In this document: positions 1-12,639 of the stretch, piece after piece | Numbering within the stretch: position 1 is the stretch's first letter | Layout: each line of letters opens with the position of its first letter | Origin: Marsupella aquatica | Lineage: Eukaryota; Plantae; Marchantiophyta | Assembly (NCBI GenBank): GCA_973895155.1 | Contig: OZ316897.1 | Span: forward strand, 1,080,515-1,144,514 | Reading direction: 5' to 3' | Length of the DNA: 64,000 nucleotides | Made by a program: the position numbers and the translations under genes | The notes under the pieces: generated by a model | Told to the model about the DNA's origin: nothing | What the model saw: only the letters and a program-made list of their open reading frames with translations | The model's database searches: none

Positions 1-1228
1 GTCCACTCTCTCCTTCAGTCCTTCGCATTCGCCTTCGCTTTGCTCTGAAGGAGGCGAAAAGCGTTTCGATGTCTATCTAGTTTGGTTACCCTAATGATCG
101 AGGGACGGGGGACAATTAACCTTTCTAACAGTAAAACAAATATGAATTCATGGGGAGCAAGGAGAGATAGTGGCACGGGTTTTTTCATTTGGAATGATTC
201 GGGTGTACTCTTGCCTTGATCAAAAAAATAAAGAATAAAGTGAAGAACTTAGTATAAATTCTTCATGTCTTAGTAATGGCTATGAAGAAAAATAAATTGC
301 AAGGGTTTGAACCAATTTGAAAACATTCAAGATTGGGGACGTACAACATTATGTGTGAGGTAAAGTAACCAAGATGAGTATCCCCACTAAGAAACTCTGA
401 TCACATTAGGGAGTAAGGGCCCCAAAGACAACCTTGCAGATGCTCACACGCATGGGGGTTTGCGTCTCACATGTGCCAAGCATAGGTCCACTGCTAAAAT
501 TAATCAAATGTGGGTTCCTGGCTAAAATTAGTGGAGCATGTATCAAATGCTAAAATTAGTTGAGAGTTGGCCCAATGCTCAAATTTGAATTTCTAAGCTT
601 GCATGCTCAAATGTATGGGGTTTATACTTAAAAAACAATTTTTAACTAGAGAGTTTTGATCTTATGAGTTCTAGTTTAGTTTAGAATGACAATTGAACTC
701 ACTCTCTAGTTCAAATCTCAGGTGAGCTTTAAAGTTTGTATGGAGATCACATCCAAGCTTATGATAATATTCTTGGATTGAAAAGTTTTTGGCAAAACTT
801 GATAAACAAGGGTGTTCTTTCCTTTCGTGGGAATTTTTGCCCAAATTCACTTTTGCTGTCAGTCTTTGGTCTGATTGGCTAGTGTCCTACCAAGTCTGAG
901 GCCTACTAGCAGAATGTGATGGATCTCCTTCAAGCTAATTAAGTAGATCTTATGGTCAGAAACAAATATGGAGAATTGAACTTGGAAAAAATGGTAATTT
1001 GGGTTTCACAACTTTCCAACGGCACTGTAGAAGCAAGCATATATTGGCTTGTGTCAAGGAGGAGACCCTAGAAATCTACCCAAATATACTACCTTTTAAG
1101 CTATACCTTTTAAGCTATATTTAAAATGGGTGGAACCAAGAAGGGAGATCGTGGTACCGTATTTGATGAGGAGTAGTAGCTTTTTGATACTGAAGAAGCG
1201 TAGATGGAGAACAATGTAAAATAGTCAG

Positions 1229-1554
1229 AAAAAACAGGGAAGAAAAGGGCCCTTTGCAATTAAGCAGGCTACGCACTTCTATAGTGTGCACTTAAAGAAG
1301 GGTGTAGGAAGTCTGCCCGTCCAAAACCAATGCCTGTCAAAAAGAACGCGAGGCAAAATCGCACAACAAAAGACAAGAAATTGTAAAATAGTCACGAAAC
1401 AAACAGGGGAAGAAAGGGGCGCTTTGCAATTAGCCAGGCTTCGCACTTCTATCATGTGCTCTGAAAGAGGGGCGAGTGTAGGATGTCTGCCACTCCAAAA
1501 CCAATGCACGAAAAAGAGAGCGCGAGGCAAAATCGCAAAAGGAAAGACAAGAAA
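1229..1554. repeat. Diverged tandem duplication, two ~160-170 bp units
   Basis: The block AAACAGGG(G)AAGAAA..CTTTGCAATTA..CAGGCT.CGCACTTCTAT...CCAAAACCAATGC...CGCGAGGCAAAATCGCA...AAAGACAAGAAA occurs at ~1231-1380 and again at ~1401-1554. Confidence 0.85.
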
Positions 1555-1913
1555 GTGAAGAAGAAGGAAGGAAGGAAGGAAGGAATGAAGGAAGAGCGAT
1601 CGCCACAGAATGATGAGGCCCACTGTAGACATAGAATACCTCGACTGTAGAGGGAGCGAGCTGCTGCTGCTGTAACGTAGTGATGTAGTGGAGCAATGGA
1701 GAATACCCTGTTCGCCATTCCACGACGGTGCCGCGCTCGTGGATTGCGGCTCTGCTTTCTTTGATTCTCATCATTCTGCGGATTGGCGGCGCTGCGGAAA
1801 TCGGAGCAGAAAGTAGGCAGCCCTGCCCAGCCCATTCAGCAGTGGAATGGGCGGATTAAACGGACGCTGTGTGCAGTTGAGATTCACATTTCATTGTATG
1901 TTTTGCGCTTCCT

Positions 1914-1949
1914 CGAGGAGAGGAGAGGAGAGGAGAGGAGAGGAGAGGA
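1914..1949. repeat. (GAGGA)n microsatellite
   Basis: gaggagaggagaggagaggagaggagaggagagg is visible directly. Confidence 0.9.
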
Positions 1950-2095
1950 TGATTATGCTTGAAGGAAAGAATGTGGAGGGAAGGACCTCGGATAGGGCAA
2001 TAATGATGAGCATGACGAGAATTTTTTGAAGGTTTTGAAGGCGGGTAGGAGGAGAAACCGGGAGGGAGGGTCCACCCGCGGGTGGATGGGGCAAG

Positions 2096-2317
2096 GTGGC
2101 GACCGTGAGGGAAGCAGTGGTGGTGTGCTCCAACGTTGACGCAGGAGTCACGCTATGGGATGCTTCCTCCAGAGCGCTTCTGTCCCACCTTCGATCTTGT
2201 GCGGCGCCTCGCAATGCGCTCTGTCCCGTTGGCCCTCATTACCTTGCAGCTTCCCAGTCTCTCAGGTCCTCCTCTTCCTCATCCGGCAGTGCAATTTTGT
2301 TCTGGGCGTGGCATAAG
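2096..2317 (+). pseudogene. RID3: Orphan first exon of a RID3/WDR18/IPI3-like WD40 gene
   Basis: VREAVVVCSNVDAGVTLWD...LRSCAAPRNALCPVGPHYLAASQ...GSAILFWAWHK matches the plant RID3 N-terminus (IASSSIDEGIGSWD..CASP.HGL..VG..FLASSQ...GSIFYWSW.K). It ends at the donor AAG|GT (2317/2318). There is no ATG (GTG instead) and I found no further RID3 exons. Confidence 0.75.
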
Positions 2318-3277
2318 GTGTGTAAGGATTCAATCCTTTTCTGGACAATGAATCCATCCTCCTCCTTTCCCTGTCTTTTTTTCGAAGCAAAATGGTATCA
2401 GCACATACTGGCCTTTGCGAGTTGGTGAATGATCGCATCTGGTGCGCTGACATGAATTCTTATATTGATTCTTTTGTTTCTCCTTCGCTCGACTTAGCAA
2501 GTGTTGCTTCCTTTGCTGCGTTCACGGAATATGAGTGATACTGGTACGATCCTAATTCAAACTGACCGTTATTCCCCGAATAAAATGTCCGTCATAATCT
2601 TACAATTCACTCACAGTATCGCAGCATTTTTTATTTTCCTTGCTTGAGAGTAAGGATCAGAGCAAGCTACTTCTCTCCTCTTTTTGTAGTCTTCGAATGC
2701 CACTGTACGGATTAGACTTCCCAAGAGGAAGCGAGTCCATGGAATATGTCATGGAGGGACTTGAATCAATGTGGCTCTTTTCTAGAACTTGAAATACGTC
2801 ACACTTTTGCTGGTGGTCGGGCGTCGATTTTGCCTTCCGCAGACCTCCACACACAGACCTTTCCTACCTACTTGCTGCTTTCCATTCATTCGGGTACTTT
2901 TGCCAGTTTCTGTTGTTCACAGTGGAATCTCTACATTTGTGTAGAAGCGATTACAAGTTGATTTTACACTCGTTTGTAGGTTCCTGATGAGATTTTTGGC
3001 TTGTATTATCTAATATTCTGAAGTGAATGAGAATACACCCGCTGAGGTGAGATCACATTGCAACGGCTTCAAGAACGGCTCTCTGTCCCCTTGGATGGGA
3101 CTCGTCCTGACCATTAGGCAAGCATCACCCAATTGGTCATATAGTTAAATTCTGCAAACATATACTCCCAAATTTTTATAAGCTCCCACTGCATCGTCGC
3201 AGATCGATTTACGTGCCTGTTGGCCCTTTATCTTTTGACGATTTCTTTGGATTTACATTGTGTTATTTGTAATGCAG

Positions 3278-3393
3278 GAAGCCTTGAAAGCCCTTTGGCG
3301 AGCCGCCTTTAGAAATTGTGAGCTTCCTGGCCTTGTCTGTGAGGAATGGAAAGAGATGGGCTGGCAAGGAGTTGATCCCTCAACAGATTTCCG
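3278..3393 (+). pseudogene. Orphan internal exon of an ELMO-domain (ELMOD) gene
   Basis: TGCAG|EALKALWRAAFRNCELPGLVCEEWKEMGWQGVDPSTDFR|GT. WKEMGWQG.DPSTDFR is the ELMO/CED-12 domain hallmark. The neighbouring ELMOD exons are absent. Confidence 0.85.
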
Positions 3394-3766
3394 GTCTGTA
3401 CTCCCAGTTCCTCTTTCCTGACCTTTATTGATTCGAGGAATAGACAGGCGATCTATCGGTTCTCTAATCATCTTTATTAGTTGAAAGATATACCAGCTGC
3501 AATAAGGAAAATTGTAGGGGTCCGTCGTTTGTGGATGGATATAGTAAAAGGCTGTGAATGGGTCAGAGAAAGCCTACGCTTAGCCTTGACCTTTGGATCA
3601 GTTTACGAGTCTATTCTGTAGGATTTAAGTGCATTTAATTGCACCTGGCCTGCTTGTGCAGTTAAAATGAGCAGCTTGTCATTAGCTGAGATTCTTCAAA
3701 GTGGATCAAGTCCTGAATTCGATTAAGGAAATCTAATACAACTGGACTTCATCTTTTGATCTCCAG

Positions 3767-4630
3767 AAACAGAATATAGAACACTCCATTTACAACTTGA
3801 TGATGGTATTGAAGACCTGGACTCGCTGGTTTTCAGTAACCAGATCACTTTTCAGCCGAGGTTTAAGTTCTTCTTAGTTTTATTTCTTTGAAGGCAATGG
3901 TCAACGTTGCATTTTCATCCAGTGCAACAATTCCCTGTTCAATATTTTAGACAGAACAGACGCAGATTTGTTTGTCATACACTTACTGACGATATTGAGA
4001 CCCTAACGTTATACAGAGCAATTGTAACAATTCTTGTGTGCCATCTAAACAGCAAAGTCCAGATCAAGTATTGATCCCCGAAGCTTGCCCCATCAAATTT
4101 GTGAATTTACAGTATCAACATATCAAGGAACTAATTGAACATTTCAATTGAGAAACGTGGAAGCTTAGGAAAGACTTATCCCAGATGAAGTTCCTGCAAC
4201 CTCTGTGGTTGATATTAACAATAACAAATAGATCGCGGTCGATCGTAAATTGGGAAAATGGTTTGAGCAATTTAGGCAAGTTGTTGACTTGCTCTGCAGA
4301 AATACGAGGAAACAATAATGGTGAACTCGATGATGGTCCGAGATGTTATTAGAGCTCAGTGATTCCTACATTCGAAGTTTATTAGAGCTCAGTGATTCTT
4401 ACATTCGAAGTGCTCGGAGTCAAAGTCGGTCGCCAAGTCTGTCCTCCAGGATTAAAGTTTGTACATCTCTTCTTGCGCGGTTGAATAAGGAGCTGTCACA
4501 TCCAGATAGTTTTCGTATCGATAATTTTGTTCTTGGGCTTAACTGGGAACTGCATCTCCAGGATATTTCAAGCAACAGATCGATTCGTGATGCACTTTCA
4601 TATGAAGAGAATTTCTTTTGCAGTCAACCT
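3767..4630 (+). pseudogene. Orphan exon-like segments of unidentified host gene(s) at 3767-3860 and 4300-4630
   Basis: AG/GT-bounded segments read TEYRTLHLQLDDGIEDLDSLVFSNQITFQPR and ...SPSLSSRIKVCTSLLARLNKELSHPDSFRIDNFVLGLNWELHLQD...FFCSQP|gtaagt. A 33-bp tandem duplication at 4346-4411 gives LLELSDSYIRS twice. Confidence 0.5.
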
Positions 4631-6184
4631 GTAAGTACTGCTTGAATTTTATTCATGAAATCTATTTGTGTAATTTAAGCAGTTGTCACTGCAGGCACGT
4701 CCTTTGTACTTCATAATCATAAATTTTGTTGATCTTGGATCTAGTAGCTCCTTGCAATTCTTCATAATCTCATCTTTGCGACTTCTCTGTCCTCTCTTTG
4801 ACGCTGAGGCAAAGGATCATCCGAGTCCAGCAAATGGGTCTGCGCCTGGAGCAAAAGTACCCCCCAGAGAGCCTATGGATACCGAAACTGCTTCCCAGGA
4901 GACCGAGACAATGCAGACGAAATGAACATTTACTGAGTTAAGGAGATAGGAATATTATGGAACTTTTATCGATGCCAAGTTGTAGACCGGGGAATTCAAG
5001 ATTTGATTTTGGGCATCTCTTTGATGGGGACACAAATCTACCCTTGGTAGCAACTTGCGTTTCTTGTTATTACTCATCAGATTGAACATTCTTCCCCTCC
5101 TTTCTAGTAATTCTAAAGGGGAAGGGGTAACGTGCATCAACATACTCTTTTACTAGTGTGACTGGTGTAACTATCTGTTCACGTGTTTAGTAGTAGGACT
5201 ACAATTATCTGGGAGCTGCACATGCGACAGCGGTATTCATGGTTGTCTTAAAGACGCGTTAACTATCTCATTCTGCTCTATGAGGGGCTCTTGATAACTT
5301 ATCCAGTTAGACCCCAGCAGATGCACGAGTACCACAGGGATGAGATGACACATTTGTAGGTAGTAGAAGCACACCAAGAATAAGTGTCTAATCGGAGTTC
5401 GATTCTGATTAGTATCCACTTGCCTCTTGAGTTCCAATCTATGGTATCTGCTCCCCATAGGGTGGCTTGACTGTGTTGGGTGTTAATATTCATACAAGTA
5501 AGTGCCGGATGTTCTTTCTGGTCTTTTCTTTCGGTCTCATACGCTTGACTTTTCAGATTTAGGATTACCTCTACTTCAAGTGAGGAAGAGGCCTGGCAGC
5601 TAGCCTGTCACAAGCTTGGAGACTGATGACTCATTAGCGTTTGAGGACTCCTCTTTTCACTCAATTGTGGACTGCTTGTGTCAATTGTTCTCTCTACTGA
5701 TTGCGTGAAGCATAGTTTAGAGCCCTAAATTTGGCTCAGTCTATCAATGCCAGCTTGTGGAGAGGTTTTGCCTTGGCAAAATCTATGGTTGCATTAGTTG
5801 TCTTTGGTATGCTGTACCTTAGCGGAGAAGTGTAGTCCTCGGGGGGGACGCAGTTTAGGTGAGAAGATGTGATGTCGTTTTGTTGTTGTCTGACGGTGGT
5901 AATGAATGGCACTGTAGGCACACAGATTATTGATGGGGCGCAACACAGCCTGAGACACAACGATGTGGATTTCATCAAGCTTCAAAGGCTTCTATATTGA
6001 GCTGTATGGATGGCTTGAAGACTTGCCTTTGATCTACTACCGGTAATCTTGAACTACCGGTCATCAATGTCGTTTGCGAGTCCAGAATATGTGTGTAATC
6101 AATCGTAGATTCCTGGACCTTACTACCGCAGCCACTCAGTCTAAAGTAGGTAAATCTCAATGCTGCCAAACTTGAGTCCTAAAA

Positions 6185-9100
6185 ATGACATACGACTGTG
6201 ACATCTGTGGCTGCAAAGGATTTAAAACCAATGGTGGGCTCGCTTCTCACAAGAGTACCAATAGATCATGCAAATTAGCATTAGCCCAGAAGGAGGTTGA
6301 GCCATTTCCCCCATTCTATGTTGGGGAATCTTCTTCTCCACTAGAAGTGCAACAAACTGCTGACGAATTGATCCACATGATTGATGATCCTCAAGATCAT
6401 CCATCCACAGCTAACATTGAGGAAATATTATGTACTCCTGTAAGCAATTTCTGTAGAGCCAGTGATCCAAAGGACAGGTTTGATTCAACATTTCACCTAG
6501 TGGCCTTTTTAAGGCAATGTAGAAATACTCTAGGGATGTCTATCAAGGACACCAGAAGGTTTTTGGGTATGCTTTTTCACCCAAATTTTAATAGAGAAGA
6601 TGTTTCTGTGAAAAATGTAAGTGACCTTCTCGCATATGAAGAAAAGATGGCAAGTGATCATGGTATTGAATGGAAGCAAGCGGTGGTTAGAGAGAAAGAC
6701 CAGCATGTGCACGAGTTGGTGCTGCATTTTCAAGATCCAGTGAAAGTGTTGTCTACTTTGTTTTCAAATTCCAACAACAAGAAAGACTTCAAACTGCTTC
6801 CCGCTGAAGCTGAGGCAACAGACCACTACAGTACTCCGGAAACAGGGCACTGGTGGAGACAGATGCATGTAAGGAAACATACTGTACTTATCTATTCAAT
6901 TGAGCTTTTCTTTTTGTTCCTGGATGAGGTTGGACACTTAGTTTGTTGGTGTTTGCTGCAGACTCTCGTACAACAGAGGTGTCCAGGTGGAGTCATTGCC
7001 GCAATCATCTTGTATTCAGATCAAACTTCCCTGTCTAATAACCAGAGAGTCTCTGGATATCCATTGATGATGTCCTTAGCCAACATTGAATGTGCTGGAC
7101 GGCGGGAGGAGCTTGGCCATGCCTTGTTAGCCATTTTTCCCACTTATGGACCATGTGATCAGGAATTGTTGAACTCTAGAAATCCAACTAGGCTCAAGTG
7201 CTCACTTTTGCACAAGTGTTTGAGCATCTTGTTGGCACCACTCAAGGCATTGAGTTTTACGTAAGTCATTATTTCTTTAACCTAATTTCTCTGTTATTTC
7301 CTATAACCCAAATTACTATCTATGTGGTTGCTGATATATTTTTTAGATCCATTTTATATTACATTTGTGCCAAGACATTGATTGTTCATTGGCATGTGAT
7401 GCGACAGGGGCTTGCCGTTGGAGGATCCATTAGGTTCACAGAAATGGGTATTCCCACTCCTATATGGCTACATCGGTGACCATCCAGAGAGCTGCAAAGT
7501 AACGTGCACTTTTGACTCCAATAGATGCAGTTTTCCATGTAGCACATGCCACTGTCCTCGAGGTCAATTGAGCACAGTTACAGCAAGGCTTGAATATCGA
7601 ACTCAAGAAAACATGAGTGCTCTATATGAGGAGATGAATGAAGTATCAGGAACTGTGGCTGTGATGGATGAATTGTCCAGGAGTAACTCTGTCCATCCCA
7701 TTCAGGTACAAAGTTTATGATATCTGAATTTGCATCATCACTAGTTCTATTTTGCAAATTTATCATTTATTCTTTTGAATTATCAAAGTGAACGTAAATA
7801 CTTATGCAAGTGTGTCTGTGTGTGTTGGCAGTGTGCACTTTGGGGTTTCCTTGGTGGGGATACGATTCTAGGAAACCCGTATAGATGTGTGCATCCTGAC
7901 AAGATGCACCAATTTGATTTAGGTTTGTTTAAAACCCTAATTGGGATCTTGAAAGTCATGGCAGTTGAAGTGCCGGCTGTCACATTCAAACGAAAAGCAT
8001 TACAGGTATTGGACCGGAGGTTGGCTTGGGTGTTAGAGCATCACCGGTATCCAGAGTTCAGACTTCCCTCGTGCAAGGGAAGGACTGGATATTTTACTTC
8101 TAACGCCACTTTCCAGGCATTTGAACATAGGTGTGTGTTTCAGGTTCTAATTCCAGTGATGCTTGGAGTTTACCCGACCCCTGTGTTGCAAGTTGTGATC
8201 TCTATGTGGGATTGGTATACTTTGGCTTTCCGGAAAGCTGTGCACACTGAGGAGACTCTGGCAAAAATGGATCGGCTGATGGTAGTGTAAGTACTTCTTG
8301 CTTTTTACTGGATAGTTCATTCTATTATTGCTCACTGATTATATTAGGCTGCCAAGTTGTTATGAATAAGACAGAATTATTAATAATTTGCACATGATGT
8401 TGTGCAGGATGGTGAGAAAGTTGATAGTGGTGTTAGGAAAGTATCAAAAATCAGAATTTGATACTGTAAAGGTCCACGCAATGGCTCACCTCTCTGATTC
8501 TATTCGGCGGTCAGGGATTCCAGTGGAGTATTCGACTAATCTGTATGAACATTTGCACATTTTGTTGATGAAAGTGCCATATAGAGCCAGCAACAAAAAG
8601 GAATTCGCCAAGCAAATGACTAACCACCACCGAAGGCTACTAGCTCTTAGCCGAAAAAATGCTACCTCCATTTCAGAGGTTGATAAGGCAGATGATCGAT
8701 TCACTGCGTTAGACAAGGTAAGGTGCTTAGGCGGTGAATTATCCATTGAAAATATAATTGGTTTGATATCTGTAATGCAATGCATTCTATTCGTCGACTT
8801 ATAACTGATGTAATGTGAATGGCAGGCTGTGGCAACAGGGTCTAATGTTCTCATGGGCACAAGCCTACGTTTCCATATGGACTGGTTGCAGAGGGAGATA
8901 ACTGATATCCCTCTTAGCGGTAAAGAGGTCTTGACTACACAACCAGAGATATCGTTGCATTTGAAGACATCTTTGCAAGGTTATTGTGTCGTTAATGATT
9001 TGCAGACCATTGAGGTGAGCAACTTGTGACTTGTAAGTAGTTGTGAATAAGGTTTAAGAACTTGCTTAGCTGCATGGTCATCTTTACTAGACACCTCCAT

Positions 9101-9609
9101 ATCTGATGAGGGTTTCAATTGATTGCATCAGACTCTCGGAGTAAAGACAGGGGTGGCCATTGCAGCAGGAGTGGGTGATAGATTTGCGGATTGGCCCATG
9201 ACAGGCAGGGCCACCCCGAGTTTTCATGGTGCCCCTTACTTCAGGTGATGTTGCCATACAGATGGAGAAAGTTGGGGATGAGCCCTTGACATGGTATGCC
9301 CAACTACGACTCCTGTTCACTTGTCCAGTGACCACTAGCAGTGGAGATAAAGCCACCCGGGACATGGCTTTAGTGAGGTGGTATAATAGTCAAACAAGAC
9401 CAGAGAGGACTACTGGGTGCTTGATCCTAAAGCTAGTGGTGGATAGGACTGAGATAGGAGGCCACTCAGGGACCTCTAGCAGGAGGAGACTAGCAGCATA
9501 TGATGTGGTAGAAGTAGCCAACATTCTAAGTGTAGTTCATCTTGTGCCTCATTATGGAGTGGATGAGCACGAGGCAGGAGAATTCCTCTTGAATAGGTTT
9601 AAGTTCTGA
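6185..9609 (+). CDS. Plavaka-family transposase (C2H2 Zn finger + DDE core + C-terminal domain), 7 exons, one frameshift
   Basis: Exons 6185-6868, 6962-7260, 7408-7705, 7832-8286, 8408-8717, 8826-9014 and 9132-9609, joined by GT-AG introns. Motifs: CDICGCKGF....LASH; ILYSDQTSLS...YPLMMSLANI; LLHKCLSILLAPL; FPLLYGYIGDHPE..C..CSTCHC; PDKMHQFDLG; KVHAMAHL.DSIRRSG...YST..YEHLH...K.PYRASN; WYAQLRLLF. An extra G at 9244-9245 breaks RATPSFHGAPYF/SDVAI. Confidence 0.85.
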
Positions 9610-9838
9610 AGCAATTGATGAGCAAGATAAAGTTGGAATAAAATTGTCTACAAACTTTGAAGCCATTAAAAATATGTCATTGTAAGTATGTCTCAAATTT
9701 GAATTGTTTAGTTTTATCTCGAGAGTATCTAAGTCTTTCAAGTTTACAACAACTAAATCCCTCAAAACATCTCAGCCAAGAGTGTTGAGGCACGTCCTAG
9801 ATCTATTTCAATCAATACCACTTTCCAAGGATGTGGCT

Positions 9839-10110
9839 GTACCTAGCAACCTATCATCCACTAACCGACAATGAAACCTTGAAATTTTACTAATGAAGTA
9901 CCTAGCAACCTATTATCCATTTACCAACAATGAAACCTTGAAATTTCACTAATAAAGTACCTAGCAACCTATCATCCACTAACCAACAATGAAACCTTGA
10001 AATTTCACTGATGAAAAGATGACCTTTAAACAATGCATTTGCAATGATTCAACCTAATTTCACTGATGAAAAGATGACCTTTAAACAATGCATTTGCAAT
10101 GATTCAACCT
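9839..10110. repeat. Tandem arrays: three ~59 bp units followed by two ~53 bp units
   Basis: GTACCTAGCAACCTAT.ATCCA.T.ACC.ACAATGAAACCTTGAAATTT.ACT x3; AATTTCACTGATGAAAAGATGACCTTTAAACAATGCATTTGCAATGATTCAACCT x2. Confidence 0.9.
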
Positions 10111-10740
10111 TGGAAAGAGTGGACCATTCCACACTAAATACTGTATCAGTATATAAACATTGTGTCACATATGAGAGGGTAATATGCAATCAAAACACAA
10201 TGAAAAGTTAAAAAGACAACAACAAATATACAAGTCTAACCCCAACAACTAAACCTCAATTAATCAACAGCGCAACCATGAAGTGTCATCAATGAATCTA
10301 TATTATTCAAACAATGCATCCATGGATATGTTATAATGAAAATGGAATTGTTCAATACTGAAATGTTCATAATGTATCAATGTGAAAACATTGCACAACA
10401 TATCTAAGGGTAATATGCAATGAATAGACAATGAAAAACTGAGGGAATTCATTGAATATGTGATACTGAAAAATTACTAAATCATTGTCCATATTTTCAG
10501 CAATGCTTCTATAATGTTTTTCATCGTCTAAACTGCAATTAGTAAACCATCAATGTTTCAACACGCATACAACACTAATACAAGTCATCACAATTTTAGA
10601 CCAATCAACGTCAGTCCATTCAACAATGAACCAATGATGAAACAGACAGTGCAGAAAACAATGATGTTTAAACATTGCAATGAAATCATCATGACACACT
10701 GTTGAAAGGGATGGATCCTAAATTCCTGATGTAAACCCTA

Positions 10741-10975
10741 AACAATACCCAGGGATCCCACAAGGACCACACCAGGAAGGTTGGACTAAGACCACAAGCC
10801 AGGGTAAGGAGAACCAAGTACTCCCATCAGGACAACCCACCCACACACACACAAGGGGGGACAATACCCAGGGATCCCACAAAGACCATACCAGGAAGGT
10901 TGGACTAAAACCACAAGCCAGGGGCAAGGAGAACCCAGTACTCCCATCAGTACACCCCACCCACACATACCCTCC
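10741..10975. repeat. Tandem duplication of a ~120 bp unit
   Basis: ACAATACCCAGGGATCCCACAA.GACCA.ACCAGGAAGGTTGGACTAA.ACCACAAGCCAGGG...GTACTCCCATCAG at 10742 and 10861. Confidence 0.9.
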
Positions 10976-12639
10976 ACACCTTGTTTGTGGAGTGTGTATT
11001 GACCTTGGGACCTATAGGTTCTAGGCTAATCCCCTAGCCAGCAACCCTAAGCCACTTGCTTTTTCCCCAACCGAGAGCACTGGCTTGCTTATGTCATTAA
11101 TACTTCCCAGTTCTATGCCTTATACCAAGTCAAAGTTCTGGTCCCCTAATCAAAATGTTTGAAAAGATACTTTAATGAGTCATACTCATATAACACCTTT
11201 TCCTTCTATAATTGTTCCCATCATACTGATCTAACACCTTTCCTTTTGTAATTGTCCACGTTTTTGGGTTTCAAAAAGCCATTGCAATCCTTACTTAGCT
11301 TAAATGATGGTCCGCCCAAAATATATATCGTGATCAGCATGATTGTCTTGGGCCCACTTCTTGACATCAACTGTCTACTGTAATATGTAATGCCAAAAAT
11401 TTCATTTTCTGGGCTTACAAATTTGGAAATGGAGAGAACAAACCTAGGCCGTCAGATGTTTCCAAAGATTTTTATGGACTCTTGGATCCATTGACCAAGA
11501 GTGTCCAAAGATATACTTTTCATAATAGAATACATAGTATAAGTGATGACTCTTATGTTCCATCGTGTATTTTTTACAAGTAGCAAAGTACGCAAGTTGG
11601 GAGGAGAATCTTTTGGGGCATGAGAAACTTTGAAGTGTATGAGGATTTAAAGGGAGGAAAACTTATGGGTTAATTGGGCCTGGGAAGGAAGGGAATGAAG
11701 AAATGGGACAAAGGGAGAGGAAGAAAATTAAAATGGTTCCCTCCCAATAGTATTGTGCAACCACACCTTGACCCCACAACCCGAGGGGCCATGCCTCTGG
11801 CACTCCCTCTCACACTCCCACCCTCCCATGTCCTCGCCCTCCCAGCAACATCTTTTTCCAAGATAAAGTATAAATGCCAAAGTGAAGGCCAACTGTTTTG
11901 TCTTTACATTTTTTTATTCTTTTTAACTGTTTTACCTTTTGTGAAAACAGTACCAATTTACTTTTTTCCATCTAAACTTCTATTTCTTTTTAAAGAAGGC
12001 TTTTTTTATGAAGGCCTATGAGATCAAACTCAGAACATTTTTTTCTTCACAAGACCCGAAAGTGTATCCACCTCAATTTGACGATAAGGCTTCTCTTCAC
12101 ATTGATTGCTACATTGACATATCCTTTGGAGAGTCGCAGATTCCACAACGCACCATCGGTCAAGCACTGAGAGTTCCCCGGGGAAAAGATCGAGGAAAAA
12201 ACTTTTGGAGATGTAATTCGTTCATTAACGAGGAGAGGATATAAGCGTGTTAATTCCATCTTCACTTGAACTTGAAACAAGAGTCAAGTGCTCAAATCTT
12301 CACACACAATAATCATCGATCGATTCATTGGGTTTGAGTCAAGTGCTCAAATCTTCACACACAATAATATGATCAACAATCGATTCATTGGGTATGAATC
12401 TAGGAATCATCGGTCGATCCAAAACTACTGTACTAGCCTGCGTTCCGCGGTACTGTGTAGCGCCAATGATTTCATCTACACTCTCAAGTACTAATACATT
12501 CGTCCGAGAACCTCGCCAAACTTTCGTGGCAATCTTCGGGGCTGGACCCATGTACGAAGGTGTGCTATATATGTGCAACGAGACAGTACATTCTCGGACG
12601 AATGTATTAGCAAGTTTCTATATCTCTTTGGTTTGTTAA

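Larger units (their letters stand above)
6185..10710 (+). mobile_element. Plavaka/CACTA-like DNA transposon: transposase plus right subterminal region; left end not resolved
   Basis: The transposase is followed by tandem repeats and an AT-rich tract dense in CAATG(AAA) motifs that ends at ...CACACTGTTGAAAGGG (10710). Confidence 0.6.

Noticed and set aside
1-130. Possible LTR end (...CTTTCTAACA) at the window start
   Set aside because: No partner LTR or internal domains are visible to support it.
1690-1860. Signal-peptide-like frame SWIAALLSLILIILRIGG...CPAHSAVEWAD*
   Set aside because: May be another captured first exon, but it has no in-frame ATG and I could not assign a family.
2096-4925. 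A single intact multi-exon gene
   Set aside because: The exons belong to unrelated families (WD40, ELMO, unknown), the phases do not join into one known protein, and the start codon is missing.
9839-10110. Regularly spaced repeats resembling a CRISPR array
   Set aside because: Units are contiguous with no unique spacers, the context is eukaryotic, and no cas genes are present.
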